A stretch of 64,000 nucleotides of DNA from contig OX597820.1 of the NCBI GenBank assembly GCA_951406725.2, forward strand, positions 20,336,001-20,400,000. Direction: 5' to 3'. The notes under the pieces were generated by a model. The model made no database searches, was not told the DNA's origin, and saw only the letters and a program-made list of their open reading frames with translations. Numbering within the stretch: the first letter of the stretch is position 1; each line of letters opens with the position of its first letter. The stretch is from Octopus vulgaris. Lineage: Eukaryota. Made by a program: the position numbers and the translations under genes. Shown here one piece after another: positions 1 through 12,394 of this stretch.

Positions 1-75
1 GCGTACTGGGGTTGATCTAATCGACTGGCCCCCTCCCCATAAATTTCGGGCCTTGTCTCTAGAGCAGAAAAGAAT
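1..75 (+). mobile_element. 3' tail of family B SINE (tail variant B2), truncated by window start
   Basis: ctggggttgatctaatcgactggccccctcccc...gccttgt...agaaaaga matches the tail of the B copies ending near 42965 and 31570. Confidence 0.75.
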
Positions 76-108
76 ATATATGTATGTTTGTGTGTGTGTG
101 TGTGTGTG

Positions 109-154
<46 letters not shown>

Positions 155-286
155 TAGAGAGAGAGAGAGATTTATATATGCACGTTGTGTGTGTGTAAGT
201 GTATGAAAATGTGTGTTTGGAAGCTGTATCTGAGGGCATTGTTGCACAGAACACGGATGCTGTTGGTACATCAGTTTATAGAAAAA

Positions 287-812
287 CTAGCAGCATAGCC
301 CGGCATTTCCCGGGTATGTAAGAGCCCCTGGAGCAGACATGATGCTCGCTGTGAATTTAGAAAAAAATTCCTACCAATTTGTGAAAGATATTGTCGAAAA
401 TATGTCATCTTGAATTTGAACGCGATTTCCCAAAATGGCATGATTTTATCGATTTTTTTTCTGATGGTAAGGTATTGCATAGAAAACTAACATCAGAATT
501 AAGTTTCTTAGGGTAACATTAAGCTTCACCATAAGTTTGGTGAAAATCGATTGCAAGTTGCGAAAACTACAACAGAAAATGTGTTGCAAATAAAAAGCTT
601 AGATTCTCGACCCCATGTCGGAATTATCGATTTTATTCAGAACTGGGGCAACTTTTCAAAATTTTCGCTGCGTTAGTTTTGAATTATGACATTGGGCTAT
701 GTGTGTGTCAAGTTTCATCAGAATCGGTTGAAAGCCGTGGTCAGGGTGAGGGTACAACCTGACAGACACACAGACACACAGGCTGACAAACTGCCGTTTA
801 TATAGAGAGAGA
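287..812 (-). mobile_element. Non-autonomous Helitron
   Basis: On the minus strand it starts TC(TCTCTCTATATAAA) after an A and ends with a GC hairpin (cccggg aaat gccggg) about 10 nt before the terminal CTAG, followed by T. No TSD. Confidence 0.85.
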
Positions 813-1247
813 TAAAAATAAAACGGTAGGAAACAAATTATTTATAGTAAAACATTTAACAACAGCACAACATGTTAAGGAAACAGAATCACACAAACAG
901 ACTACAGTGCAAGGTATATAAAGATTACTTACAGTCTATATTCTGGTAAGTAAAATGCATCCACGTTACTGACGGATGTATAGACAAGTATCAGAATGAC
1001 TAGTCCGCATGTCCACATCGAGAATGGTGAAGAAGCTTGATGTTTTGACATAGCACGTGGGTACACTGAATTGGAGTCTAGAATGAAGAAACGAAACTAC
1101 GGTTATCAACGAAGTCAAAAACTATTGTACATATTTCAAGAGAATTGGAAATAATTATAATTTCAAATGATTTGTAACAAGCAATGGAAATAGCCAAGCA
1201 TCTCTTCAGTTATCAGGCCATCGAAAAAAATGCTATGAAAATGGCCC

Positions 1248-1308
1248 GATAACTGAAGAGATGCCGACGTGGGCTTCCGCCCCGACATCCGAAAATCGGA
1301 GTTTTATC
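1248..1308 (+). ncRNA. Degenerate minimal type I hammerhead ribozyme motif (Penelope-like element remnant)
   Basis: Stem I GATAA(1248-52)/TTATC(1304-08), core CTGAAGA 1253-59, stem II GATGCCG/CGACATC, GAAA 1291-94, short stem III ATCGGAG-TT. C15.2 is replaced by A and there is an extra C before GAAA. Confidence 0.55.
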
Positions 1309-1411
1309 ATGGCTACGGAGTTTTATCATTGTCACATATTATATTTACAGATAAATTCCTCTATTTACAAAATATCAAGGTCTCTTTCTTTTTGTTGTCT
1401 TGCCCATTTCT

Positions 1412-1814
<403 letters not shown>

Positions 1815-2006
1815 ATTTACTTTTGGTGTGTAAACATACATTCTTCTCGAATCACACGTCCTCGAGTTCTTCTCGTAGAGAGGGCCCTATGCTTAAACAC
1901 CATTTGACATTTGAACTTATTCACAACCTATCGTCACACTTGGTGTCTCAAAATTCAAGTGTATACGTGTATGTGTATGACATGTAAGTGATTTTTATGT
2001 GTATGC

Positions 2007-2058
<52 letters not shown>

Positions 2059-2089
2059 GCACTCACCTATATAGACATATTTTTTACGA

Positions 2090-2135
<46 letters not shown>

Positions 2136-2684
2136 TAATGCATACAAGCACACATGTATATGATAAAGATATAACTGTCTGAGTAAGTATACACATTTGT
2201 GTATATATTATCTACTTTATCTATTACCATAGTAATGCATTTTAGTGTCATATATTCCGAAAGAGCATTATAATACTTTGTACAATCGTTTCTGTCTTGG
2301 TACCAGACACATTTCTGTTTAAAAAAAAGTCCAGAGTGGATGTATTTGAATAGTAATGAACAGCAAGGATAGTATAAACTTTGTCCACAGTGTTTGTTAA
2401 TGGCTTCAACTTTTATGTCGCTAACTTCGACTGATCCAAGATACAAAGAAATCAAATAACAGTTTTCCTACGTGACTTTATAATGGATTTTGGTCAGCAA
2501 AAAGACACGTATTTTCTAGTGAATCGGGAGACGACAGAAGTCAATAGAAAAAAGCTCGCTGCGAACGTAATTTCTGTTATTTTCCAGTAACAGATAAATA
2601 CACGAAGACTCTGGAAGCGATGAAGCTGTATTCTACGACTGCATGATGAATTAAACCAAAACTAACTAAATTCAAGTATTAATA

Positions 2685-3153
2685 TATTTCTTTATTACCC
2701 ACAAGGGGCTAAACATAGAGGGGACAAACAAGGACAGACAAGGGGATTAAGTTGATTACATCGATCCCAGTGATTAACTGGTACTTATTTAATCGACCCC
2801 GAAAGGATGAAAGGCAAAGTCGACCTCGGCGGAATTTGAACTCCGTACGTAGCGGCAGACGAAATACCCCAAAGCACTTCGCCCGGCGTGCTAACGTTTC
2901 TGCCAGCTCACCGCCTTATTTCTTTCTTTATTTCTCACAAGGGGTTAAACATAGAGGGGACAAACAAGGACAGACATAGGTATTAAGTCGATTACATCGA
3001 CCCCAGTGCGTAACTGGTACTTTATTTATCAACCCAGAAAGGATGAAAGGCAAAGCCGACCTCGGCGGAATTTGAACTCAGAACATAACGGCAAATGAAA
3101 TACCGCTATGCACTTCGCCCGGCGTGCTAACGTTTCTGCCACCTCGCCTCCTT
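2685..3153 (-). mobile_element. Family B SINE (Nin/Deu-domain), two full units head-to-tail
   Basis: Two complete units (about 2918-3153 and 2685-2917) with the gaggtcgactttgcctttcatcctttcggggtcgat..aagtacc domain. One flanking direct repeat taaattcaagtattaata / taaatgcaagtattaata. Confidence 0.9.
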
Positions 3154-3534
3154 ATAAATGCAAGTATTAATAGCAGCACATTTTTGCACTTGTTTCATCA
3201 CTTCGATATCATGAACGCATAATTAATCTAACACACACGCACCCACACACAAAGATAACAGTGGGAGGGTTTTGAAATCACTGCTGATAGCTTTTAATGG
3301 TTTCACCCACTGGAAAGCCGATACGGAGTAAATCTAAAGAGCAACCCATGAATCACATATGCTGTTAGTGAAGAAGAGTCATGTGAGGCGGAAGTTAAAG
3401 TTTTACATTTTCGAAGAATACCCACTAAATATTATATGTACAAACGTATAAAAAAACATATGTTTACAACGTCGCTTGACCTGTAAAATAGATAACAGTA
3501 AGACTGATACAAAAGGCGGGTATTTTCATATATG

Positions 3535-3697
3535 GGTGCAGGCATGGGGGTGTAGTTAGGAAGAGCATTTTGCAGTCACGTACTTCAAGATCACGTACAA
3601 TCCTGTGGTAACTTAGGTACGTATCTTCTTCTATAGCCCCGGGCCAACCAACGCTTTGTGAAAGAATTTCGAAAATAGAAAATGTGTGGAAACCCGT

Positions 3698-3700
<3 letters not shown>
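3535..3700 (+). mobile_element. Family A SINE, decayed 5' half
   Basis: tcttcttctatagccccgggccaacca...tttgtga...aaacccgttg(ta)n aligns to the 5' half of intact family A copies. Confidence 0.6.
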
Positions 3701-3747
<47 letters not shown>

Positions 3748-3844
3748 TAACAATTAAGGGTGAAATTAATTAATTTGGAATAATTATCAATTACACCAAG
3801 TAGTCTTCGGCATGTAAAAGCCTCATTCGAGGAAAATTTAAGTA

Positions 3845-4082
3845 ATACTAAGCAATTAAGGGTTTAGCAACGAAATGCCTTACCGCACACCGAATTTAGA
3901 AATAGCAGTCAAAGAGATTATAGCTATTTCTTCTACTAAAAGGGAGATCTCAGTAAAAACACAGCATGTGTTTTTACTGAGATCTCCCTTTTAGTAGAAG
4001 AAATAGCTATAATCTCTTTGACTGCTATTTCTAAATTCGGTGTGCGGTAAGGCATTTCGTTGCTAAACCCTTAATTGCTTAG

Positions 4083-4085
<3 letters not shown>
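3845..4085. repeat. Perfect inverted repeat, 119-bp arms, 3-nt loop
   Basis: 3845-3963 is the reverse complement of 3967-4085. Loop GCA. Confidence 0.95.
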
Positions 4086-4101
<16 letters not shown>

Positions 4102-4115
<14 letters not shown>

Positions 4116-4327
4116 AAATGAAGAAAATGCTGACAAATAATTGAAGTAATTTAAGTAATTTAATTAGGTGAAAGTTCTTTTTACCGGTTGCGCATTTGTT
4201 ATGCTTATCAAAATATTTTGATAAGCATAACAAATGCGCAACCGGTAAAAAGAACTTTCACCTAATTAAATTACTTAAATTACTTCAATTATTTGTCAGC
4301 ATTTTCTTCATTTCCTTTTTTATATAT
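4102..4327. repeat. Perfect palindrome, 113-bp arms, no spacer
   Basis: Centre caaaat|attttg at 4214/4215. Arms 4102-4214 and 4215-4327. Confidence 0.95.
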
Positions 4328-4351
4328 CACCACTCGTGTTCGACATCTCCT

Positions 4352-4402
<51 letters not shown>

Positions 4403-4423
4403 TAATATATATATATATATACA

Positions 4424-4783
4424 CTAGCTGTTGGACCCGGCGTTGCTTGTGTTTTCCGTGTTGAAGTTAAGCCCACCTCTGACCTTGCATTGAATAAGCA
4501 TTTCTTTCGGTTTTGTTGAAATTTTACACGTGAAAAAATGCAAAAGCTGCAGGAAAAATAACATCATTATGGGAATTTCCATTCAAAAGCCCGACTGAGC
4601 TCACAAAAATCGATGCCAACTAAACATTATCAAGTTTTCGAAAAATTCCGGCCTTATTTGAACTTCAGGGCAGGGGATCTACCTTTGTGCCAAAAATCAT
4701 TATAATCGGTTGGACGGTGTGGGAGGAGTTAGAGTAACCCCAAACATACACAGAGAGACAGACACCATTAAACATTTATTTAT
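4424..4783 (-). mobile_element. Decayed non-autonomous Helitron
   Basis: ctag at 4424 followed by gacccggcgttgc (same 3' hairpin arm as 10419 and 18362). Far end has the (acag)-rich stretch typical of the other Helitron 5' ends here. Confidence 0.6.
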
Positions 4784-4802
4784 GTGTGTGTGTATTTATA
4801 TA

Positions 4803-5000
4803 CAGTCATTTGACTGTGGCCATGCTGCAGCATCGCCTTCAAGAGTTTTTAGTCGAAGCAATTGACCCCAGGACTTCTTCTTTGTAAGCCTAGTACTTAC
4901 TCTATCGGTCTCTGTACCGAACTGCTACGTTACGGAGACGTAAACACACCAACGTCGGTTGTCAAGCGATGGAGGGGACCAACACACACACATAAATGCA
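4803..5000 (-). mobile_element. Family A SINE, 3' half
   Basis: cagtcatttgactgtggccatgctg...gcctagtacttactctatcggtctc...ggttgtcaagcgat. Confidence 0.8.
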
Positions 5001-5504
5001 CTCACACACACATATACACGCACACATACATGCACATATGTATACATACACACACACTCACACATATGTATATATATTCAATCTCAAGGTTATCAATATA
5101 TCATATAATAATATATCAGTTCTCTTGAGATTGAAAATCGATGAAACAATTGTAAATTGATGTAATAAATCAACTTGCTCTCTCATTTCTGCTTGTGAAC
5201 AATTATATTTACATATTTATATGTTTGTGTATATGTCTTTAAGTTTGTGCTTATCTTAACGTCACTTGACAACCGATGTAGGTCTATTTATGTCCCCGTC
5301 ATAAGAGGTCGATAGAATATGTACCAAACTGAAAATAAAATAATAAGCACTAAGGTCGGTTTGTTCGGCTAAAACTCTTGAAGGCAGTATTCTAATTTGG
5401 CCACAGTTTAACGACTGAAATGTGTAGATAGAACATGATGTACATATCAGTTTTCCCGTTGTTTATCCAGTAAAATAGATAATCACAAGCATACTAAAAA
5501 GGTG

Positions 5505-5573
<69 letters not shown>

Positions 5574-5687
5574 CATGGAATAAAAACTTCTTACGATAGC
5601 ATGGAATAGTAACATCACTAACTTCTTGGTCATGATTAGCACAAGCGAAACCGGTCGATTGTGCAAATACTTTATTTAATCTATCTA

Positions 5688-5742
<55 letters not shown>

Positions 5743-5749
5743 TTCTATC

Positions 5750-5780
<31 letters not shown>

Positions 5781-6756
5781 ATCCAACATAAAATTTCCAT
5801 ACATATATATGTGTGTGGGTGTAAATGATTGCTATATTTCTTCAATCCTTACTGTACAATGTAGGAATATTATTATCCAATCTGAATATCCAACCTGAAT
5901 GCAAACTACGCCTTTGCTAATGGTAATGCTGATGGAACTTTTTAACATTCCCGTTAAAATCTCCATTAATATCTCCGTGAAATGTAAGCATAATAGATCC
6001 AGTATATTTTATTCGATAAAGTACAAAAAAACAAACAAACAAACGAACAAGAAAAAAAACAACAACAAACAAACAAATGAAGATCTATAGTAGCAATTTG
6101 AGTGCAATTGATGTGACTACCGCATGAAATTCAATGGAAAGAGAGGATATCCGTGGTCAGCGGATGTAGCATCTACAACCATCTCATCGTATTATAAATT
6201 TATTTTAGACTTAGAATCATTTTGGGAACGTGGTTACATTATCAATGTTTATGCAGCAGAACATGTCAAGTTACCTTTTGCAAAAAATAATAATAATAAT
6301 AATAATAGTAGTTTCCAATTCCTTAAACACAATATATTAGCAACATAATAAAAAAAAATATGTAAACCTTCTTCCTAAGAGTTAGTTCTGCATTTGATTG
6401 AAATTATCAACAAAGATCTTAGCTCTTTGTTACCGACCGACTCCTGTTCTGTTCAATAATCTTCCATTCAATAAAAATGTTAGTAATATAAGCGTGTGCA
6501 TTAAAGCCAACGACTCTGCGTGATTGCAAAATGTCTGAACGTAAATTTAAAGCAGATTTTTCAAGGAAAACGTTAGGAGGGAAAATAAGAAACCACAGCG
6601 TGTGGTATCGGCATTATCTCGATATAAAAATGTTGTGTAATCGATGTTATATTCAGGATGAATTATCAACAGTATAGCGTTATGAAAAAATTTGCAATTT
6701 TTTTTTTCTTTTCACATCTTATAGAAGATTTTCCAGCTTTTAGATCACTCACTCTA

Positions 6757-7091
6757 GATGCAAGCATGGCTGTGCGGTTAAGAAACTCGACTTGCAACTA
6801 CGCGCTTTAAGGTTCGTTCCCACAGCGTGGCACTTTGGGAAAGTTTAGTCTCGGGTCGACAAAATCTTTGTGAGTAAATTTAATAGGCAGAAACTGTATT
6901 GAAACCAGTCGTATGTATGTATACTTTTTACTCTTCTACTTGTTTCAGTCATTTGACTGTAGCCATGCTGGAGCACCGCCTTTAGTCGAGCAAATCGACC
7001 CCAAGACTTATTCTTTGTAAGCCTAGTACTTATTCTATCGGTCTCTTTTGCTGAATCCACCAGCATCGGTTGTCAAGCGATGTTGGGGGGA

Positions 7092-7128
<37 letters not shown>

Positions 7129-7262
7129 ATATATATATACATATACATATATACGACGGGCTTCTTTTCAGTTTCTGTCTACCAAATCCACTCACAAGGC
7201 TTTGGTCGGCCTTAGGCTATAGTAGAAGACACTTACCCAAGGTGCCACGCAGTGGGACTAAA

Positions 7263-7308
<46 letters not shown>

Positions 7309-7578
7309 TGTGTGTGTGTGTGTGTGTGTGTTTGTTTGTTTGTTTCTGTGTTTGTTAACTTTTGCCCCACCGTTTGACAACCGGCGTCGGTTTGTTTACG
7401 TCTCCGTAATTTAAGTGTTTCGGCGAAAGAGATCGATAGAATAAACACTAGACTTTTAATAAACAAAAATAAACAAAACATAAGCACCGGAATCGATTTG
7501 TTTGTCTAAATCTCTTCAAGGTGGTGCCCCAGCATGGTCGTAACCCAATGACTAAAACAAATAAATGATAAAAAGATA
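6757..7578 (+). mobile_element. Older family A SINE (+) interrupted by a younger antisense family A copy
   Basis: 5' half 6757-6915 and 3' half about 7266-7578 on plus. A minus-strand copy (6923-7262) sits in the internal microsatellite. Confidence 0.75.
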
Positions 7579-7960
7579 ATACACAGCTTTTACGGAACCT
7601 GTTTTTTACTTTTTTTCTTACTTTCTTGCCTTTTGTAAAAGAGGAGCTTGGTGGAGAGATTTCTTTCATTTACGATGAAATGGCCAGTGCATAGGATATT
7701 GGACAACTGGCTTATAAAGCACGTGTTAAAATTCACTTCTATTTTCAATCATTACACCTACTTTGCCTTGATGGAAGCGGAGGCAGTCTGTTGTAAGGAA
7801 GTTGCCTGCGATTAAAGGTATAACGTCAAGAAAAAGAAATTCGATTCTTATCCATTGATTGATATAGGAAGCTGAGATTACGATTCGTAAAAGGATTAAC
7901 GTGTTACTTTATTTCATTGCATCTCCAGATACGCCAACAATAATCATATGCGCCGGTTCT

Positions 7961-8493
7961 ATTATTGGTGACCGTGGCGAAAGAGGTTTGGTGGACAAGG
8001 CTGAAAAGCATGAGGACAGATCCATTCCTCTTTGGAAGGGCTCTCATTGACTTCTTCAAGTTTTACTCGAAAAAGAAGCTGAGAGTGGAGAGCGAAGTGC
8101 TGTTCTCGAGTGAGTTTATTGAAAGGTGGGTGAAAGCTGCGAAAATGGCAAGAGTAGAGGGTACCTCTCTAAGTGTAGACCTGTGAGTCGGAGAGAAGGA
8201 ATTGGAGAGGGCACTCGCTCCCAGGGTTTCAGGGAAATCTCGAACAGTGGGGTTCCTCGATTATCCCTAAAGGCGTTCTTGTATCAGGAGGTCCGCATCT
8301 CATCCTCCCCGCCACTTTTTTTTTTACCTTTGCATGCTGTCCCTATGTCCCTTCTTTTCCAGTGTATACCGTGTATACTTTATATCTTACTTTATTTTTG
8401 TTATCATTTCATTATTATATTCAACGCCCACACTTTATGCCCGTCTCTGTATTGTCTTCCTCATCCTTCGCCCTTGTGGCAAATAAATGAAAT
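7961..8493 (+). mobile_element. 3' fragment of a Tx1/L1-like LINE (ORF2 C-terminus plus 3' UTR)
   Basis: ORF 7965-8186 (VAKEVWWTRLK...EFIERW) resembles the AK..IW..R...F...W end of L1/Tx1 ORF2. It is followed by a pyrimidine-rich UTR ending gcccttgtggcaaataaatgaaat. Confidence 0.55.
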
Positions 8494-9149
8494 CATCATA
8501 ACCTTGACAATCCTAATTGTTTGGTTGAATTTGAACTCAGAACATAAAAAAGCCGGAAGAAATATCGTTAAGATGATAAAGTTTATTGAAGCTGGTGTAC
8601 ATGTGATAGACACAACAATCTTCTGGCTATTTGAAATCATCTTGAATTACTGAACTTCTTATGTTAGTAATAAACGGCGGAAACAGAAGACAGAAATGTA
8701 CGGAAGCAGCCGATAAATCCAGAAGTTTTATTTGATTATTTTTTTGAATGAAAAATACCGTGTGAAGTATTGATCTTACATATGGATCTTGTTTGATGTA
8801 TCTAGATAAGCTTGTTGTTAGATAAGCAATAAACTTTAGAGATATTAGGGAGGCCATCTTGTCTCTAAATCTGTAATGTCGGAAATAAGAGGCAACGCCG
8901 AATTCATTCTATAATTACTGCCCTGATTACGTTTTAAGAATTAATGAAATAGACTTAAATGATATCTCGTTTTCATTTGAAAATCTTTATCAAAATCTGC
9001 ATGATAATACTTATCTACAGTGAAGATAACAATCATTGCAATTAGTCTGTCTTAATGAGTTTAGAGACGTGCTTCTGCTGAGAGAGTTAGTGGTCTACCA
9101 GGAAAAAAATGAATAAGAAATTACAAAAGAAAAACAAAACAGTGAACGT

Positions 9150-9453
9150 CAACATCATCATCACTCCCACCACATCATAATCATTATTAATCTCCCCCAA
9201 TCATCATCATCATCACCATCATCATCCTGCCATCATCATCATTACCAAGAACACCCCACCACTATCCTCCTCATCTTCATGCTCCAAAAAACCACCAACA
9301 TCACCAGCACTTTCATCACCATCATCATCAATCCACACCCAATCATCTTCATCATCATTACTCCTCCATCATCATCATCAACAACAACACCCCCACCACC
9401 ATCTTCCGCATCCTCATACTCCAAAAACCACCACCACCACCACCACCACCACC

Positions 9454-9527
<74 letters not shown>
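9150..9527. repeat. Compound trinucleotide low-complexity tract (CAT/CAC/CAA)n
   Basis: Degenerate (CAT)n grading into pure (CAC)n then (CAA)n. Confidence 0.9.
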
Positions 9528-9769
9528 GCCAATGAAGGAGACCTGTACGTTGTCACTCGATCTACTAAAAATAGCATCCGATATTTTTCTCGAATGTATC
9601 CTCTAGCATCTTAGTAACAAAGAAAAGCAGATTAAGTGATGCAGTCCAAAGTAAACGATTGAAAATGAAATGATTGTGGTCACGTCTGAGCAGATTTGAC
9701 CTTTGATCTACGTGCTGAAAACTGGCTTGGGGTTAAGCAACAGCAAAAATGAGCCAATAAGACAAGCTT

Positions 9770-9950
9770 CTAAGCGGTCACTTGATCTGCTAGAAACAGC
9801 AGCCAAAATTCCCTCAAACCAGAGACATTGGTAGGTCTTATATACACCAAAAATAAGATGGAATAGAATGGGATGGTCATAGCTGGAGATCTTCGATCCA
9901 AAGGTAGATCAATCAGGGTTAACCTGGGGTTAAACACCACAACCACCACC
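9770..9950 (+). mobile_element. Old interspersed repeat (family G, SINE-like)
   Basis: ctgctagaaacagcagccaaaattccctcaaa...ggggttaaaca(cca)n. Related copies at about 9670-9745 (+), 10160-10322 (-) and 59795-59998 (-). Confidence 0.55.
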
Positions 9951-10325
9951 ACCAAAATTTATGAGTTTATTATCATTGATGTTTTCGAAAGTTATTATAG
10001 AAATCTCATTAACATAAAAGCTGGTTGCTAATTATTATATTCTAATCAGTTGAAAGGAAAATGTTATATCTAAAAATAAAATATCATTGTACATGGAAGG
10101 ATGAACGATGACGTAATAATTCCATTTTAAATGAACTGAACCACAGTTTTTGTAGCTGTTCTTTAGCCCAGTTCAACCTTGACTGAGTAAATTTATGATC
10201 AAAGGAGTTCCAGCCTTGACCATCTATCCTGTAGTTATGCATATCTAGAACTACATTGTCTAACGTGTTATTCGATTTTTGAGGCAGTAAAACGTAATAT
10301 GAAGGCGAGACGTGACTGCTGTATA

Positions 10326-10935
10326 CAGGGAGGCCCAAAAGTAGGTTTATAGTTATTCAACTATCTCTTTCGCATTCATGTATTACCAGTTTAGATCTTA
10401 ATTATATATTAAAAAAAACTAGCAGTATCGCCCGGCGTTGCTCGGGTTTGTTTCGACCCTTTAGAATTGGAAATTTTGAAAAATAAAAATTTTGCATTAC
10501 GTAGCTTGTTATTCTCTTTAAGCGAACATTTTTCTGGTTGAAATACACCGAAAAATGGCGACACAGCAGTCCAAAAATCGTAAAAAATAGGGATTTTCAT
10601 AGAAAAAAAGCACCTTTTTGATGTAAATAATTTTTGGTGTTAACATGGTCCGATTTCAATTTTTTCTTCTATGGAAGGAAGAGCAAGCCTTCTTCTATCA
10701 TAGTCTCAATTTTGGTCAGCCTGCACCGCAGGGTCTCAGAGGAGATAGTCTTAGTTGAAGGCAACCAAACCTGCCATACACAGACAACTTCAGCTTTATA
10801 TAGAGAGAGATATGAAACCATTATTCTATGCTAATACAGGTAATTGTAAAGTAGAAATTTAAATGTAATAAAATGTTTTAAAAGAAATTCAAAGCGCCTA
10901 CGTGGTAACTGTAAAGCTACTTTTGGGCTACCCTG
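10326..10935. mobile_element. Tc1/mariner-type MITE with nested Helitron
   Basis: About 30-bp imperfect TIRs (cagggaggcccaaaagtaggtttatagtt / aactgtaaagctactttttgggctaccctg). TA on both sides (10324-25, 10936-37). Confidence 0.85.
10419..10810 (-). mobile_element. Non-autonomous Helitron nested in the MITE
   Basis: Minus strand 5' TCTCTCTCTATATAAAG, 3' cccgagc-aac-gccggg hairpin then cgatactgCTAG. Inserted between A and T. Confidence 0.9.
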
Positions 10936-11190
10936 TACAATTGACTGCGACGAAATTCTTATAATTTGTTCGTTTTCTTCTTGTGAAGGGGATAGGGGAA
11001 TGAAACATAATATGCAAAAGGGTTTAGCATTATCTCCGATGCTTTCAATGATTTTAACTTCCGAATCGAGTCATCCGGTTTCGTACCCATTCACATTTTT
11101 TCTAGAACAATCATTGCCCCGCCTCCTCCGCTGTATGATCAGATTATACATCAGCTGCATAAATCTCACCAGCATACGAGGGTCAGAAAA

Positions 11191-11460
11191 GGGCATGATG
11201 AAGACATGTAGACTAGTGATAAGGGTGTTGCATCCACGATCGCAACATCATGGTTTCATTTCTTGGACTGGGCTGTATTGCGCTGTGTTCTTCCTAAAGC
11301 ATTTCATTTCACATTATTCCAGTTCACTAAACTGTACATGAGCAACTCTGCGACTGACTGGGGTCCTATATATGGGTATATTGTGATCCCGGTCGCTTAT
11401 GTGTTATGGAAACCGAGTAAGCAACCCTATGAGCCCTAGGACTTGAGGCAGTAAACGACT
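11191..11460 (+). mobile_element. Decayed tRNA-derived SINE (family H)
   Basis: Eroded tRNA-like head, then catttcacattattccagttcact and ctgcgactgactgg segments. Related to 12835-13072, 17170-17330 and 39340-39480. Confidence 0.5.
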
Positions 11461-11627
11461 AGAGATTGATGGTGATGATGCAAAAGCCAAGGACATCTTC
11501 CCTGTTCACTTAGTCAATATTTTAATGGTGCAGGGAGCAAATTAACCGAACAAGAAACAAAACAAGTACTTTACATAGGAAATTGAGTGTAACATACAAT
11601 CACGCCTTCTTATTTTCCCAAACCACA

Positions 11628-11919
11628 TTCTGAAACCCCCTTTGGTCACGACACAGACCATGGGATTGCACTTAGAAAGTTACCCTCTCAGGCACAAATC
11701 CGGGCAAGCTTGCTTATGGAAGACCAGCAGTCGCCCATGCATACCGGCCTCCCCTCTGCACACCACCAGTGTTATACAAGGGAAAGGCAAAGGCCGATAC
11801 AGCTTGACACCAGTGACGTCGCAACTCATTTTTACAGCATGCGGCCCGGTCCGGGATTCGAGCTCACAACCTCACGATCGTAAGCTCGACGCTCTAACCA
11901 CTGAGACATGCGCCTTCAC
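11628..11919 (-). mobile_element. tRNA-derived SINE (family D)
   Basis: Minus-strand head gtgaaggcgcatgtctcagtggttagagcg...gagctcgaatcccgg (A/B boxes). Flanking direct repeat ccaaaccaca at 11618-27 and 11919-28. Confidence 0.8.
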
Positions 11920-12202
11920 CAAACCACAACATCATACAAAACTCAGGAACCCAAAGCTGCACGTTCGGTTGAGCAGAGTGCTTCCACGTAGTATCCAAAC
12001 TGCTCAAAATGGCAGTCAGATCTCTCTCATAATATTTCCCTTTGACTTTGTTACATGTTGCCTCCAAAAAGGATACAGACTGAATATGGTTAGATGGCCT
12101 ATGATCTCAATTTAAATTCATTGGCGTCAACTTGAGGCGAAACAACACCAGGAGATTTGCATAAGTTGGTGCAGTGAGTGAAAATAGCTCGGGAAATACA
12201 GA

Positions 12203-12204
<2 letters not shown>

Positions 12205-12289
<85 letters not shown>

Positions 12290-12290
12290 C
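12205..12290. repeat. (AAC)n microsatellite
   Basis: Pure trinucleotide run. Confidence 0.95.
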
Positions 12291-12394
12291 GAACGATAAC
12301 AAAACAACAATAACGGCAATAACAATGGTTTCAAATTTTGGCACAGGACTAGTTACTTCGGGAAAAAGGTGTAAGTTGCTCATATCGACCCCAG

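Noticed and set aside
2135-2455. ORF with YLGSVEV, reminiscent of a PTB-domain first strand
   Set aside because: No further PTB similarity. The motif overlaps a pyrimidine tract and the ORF runs into simple repeats.
2588-2654. Possible terminal exon after ttttccag (FFAT-like EDSGSDEAVFYDC in one frame)
   Set aside because: That frame has a stop immediately upstream and no supporting exons.
9279-9614. Poly-His/poly-Gln ORF resembling a transcription-factor tract
   Set aside because: Entirely a trinucleotide array with no domain or splice context. Similar arrays are scattered through the window.
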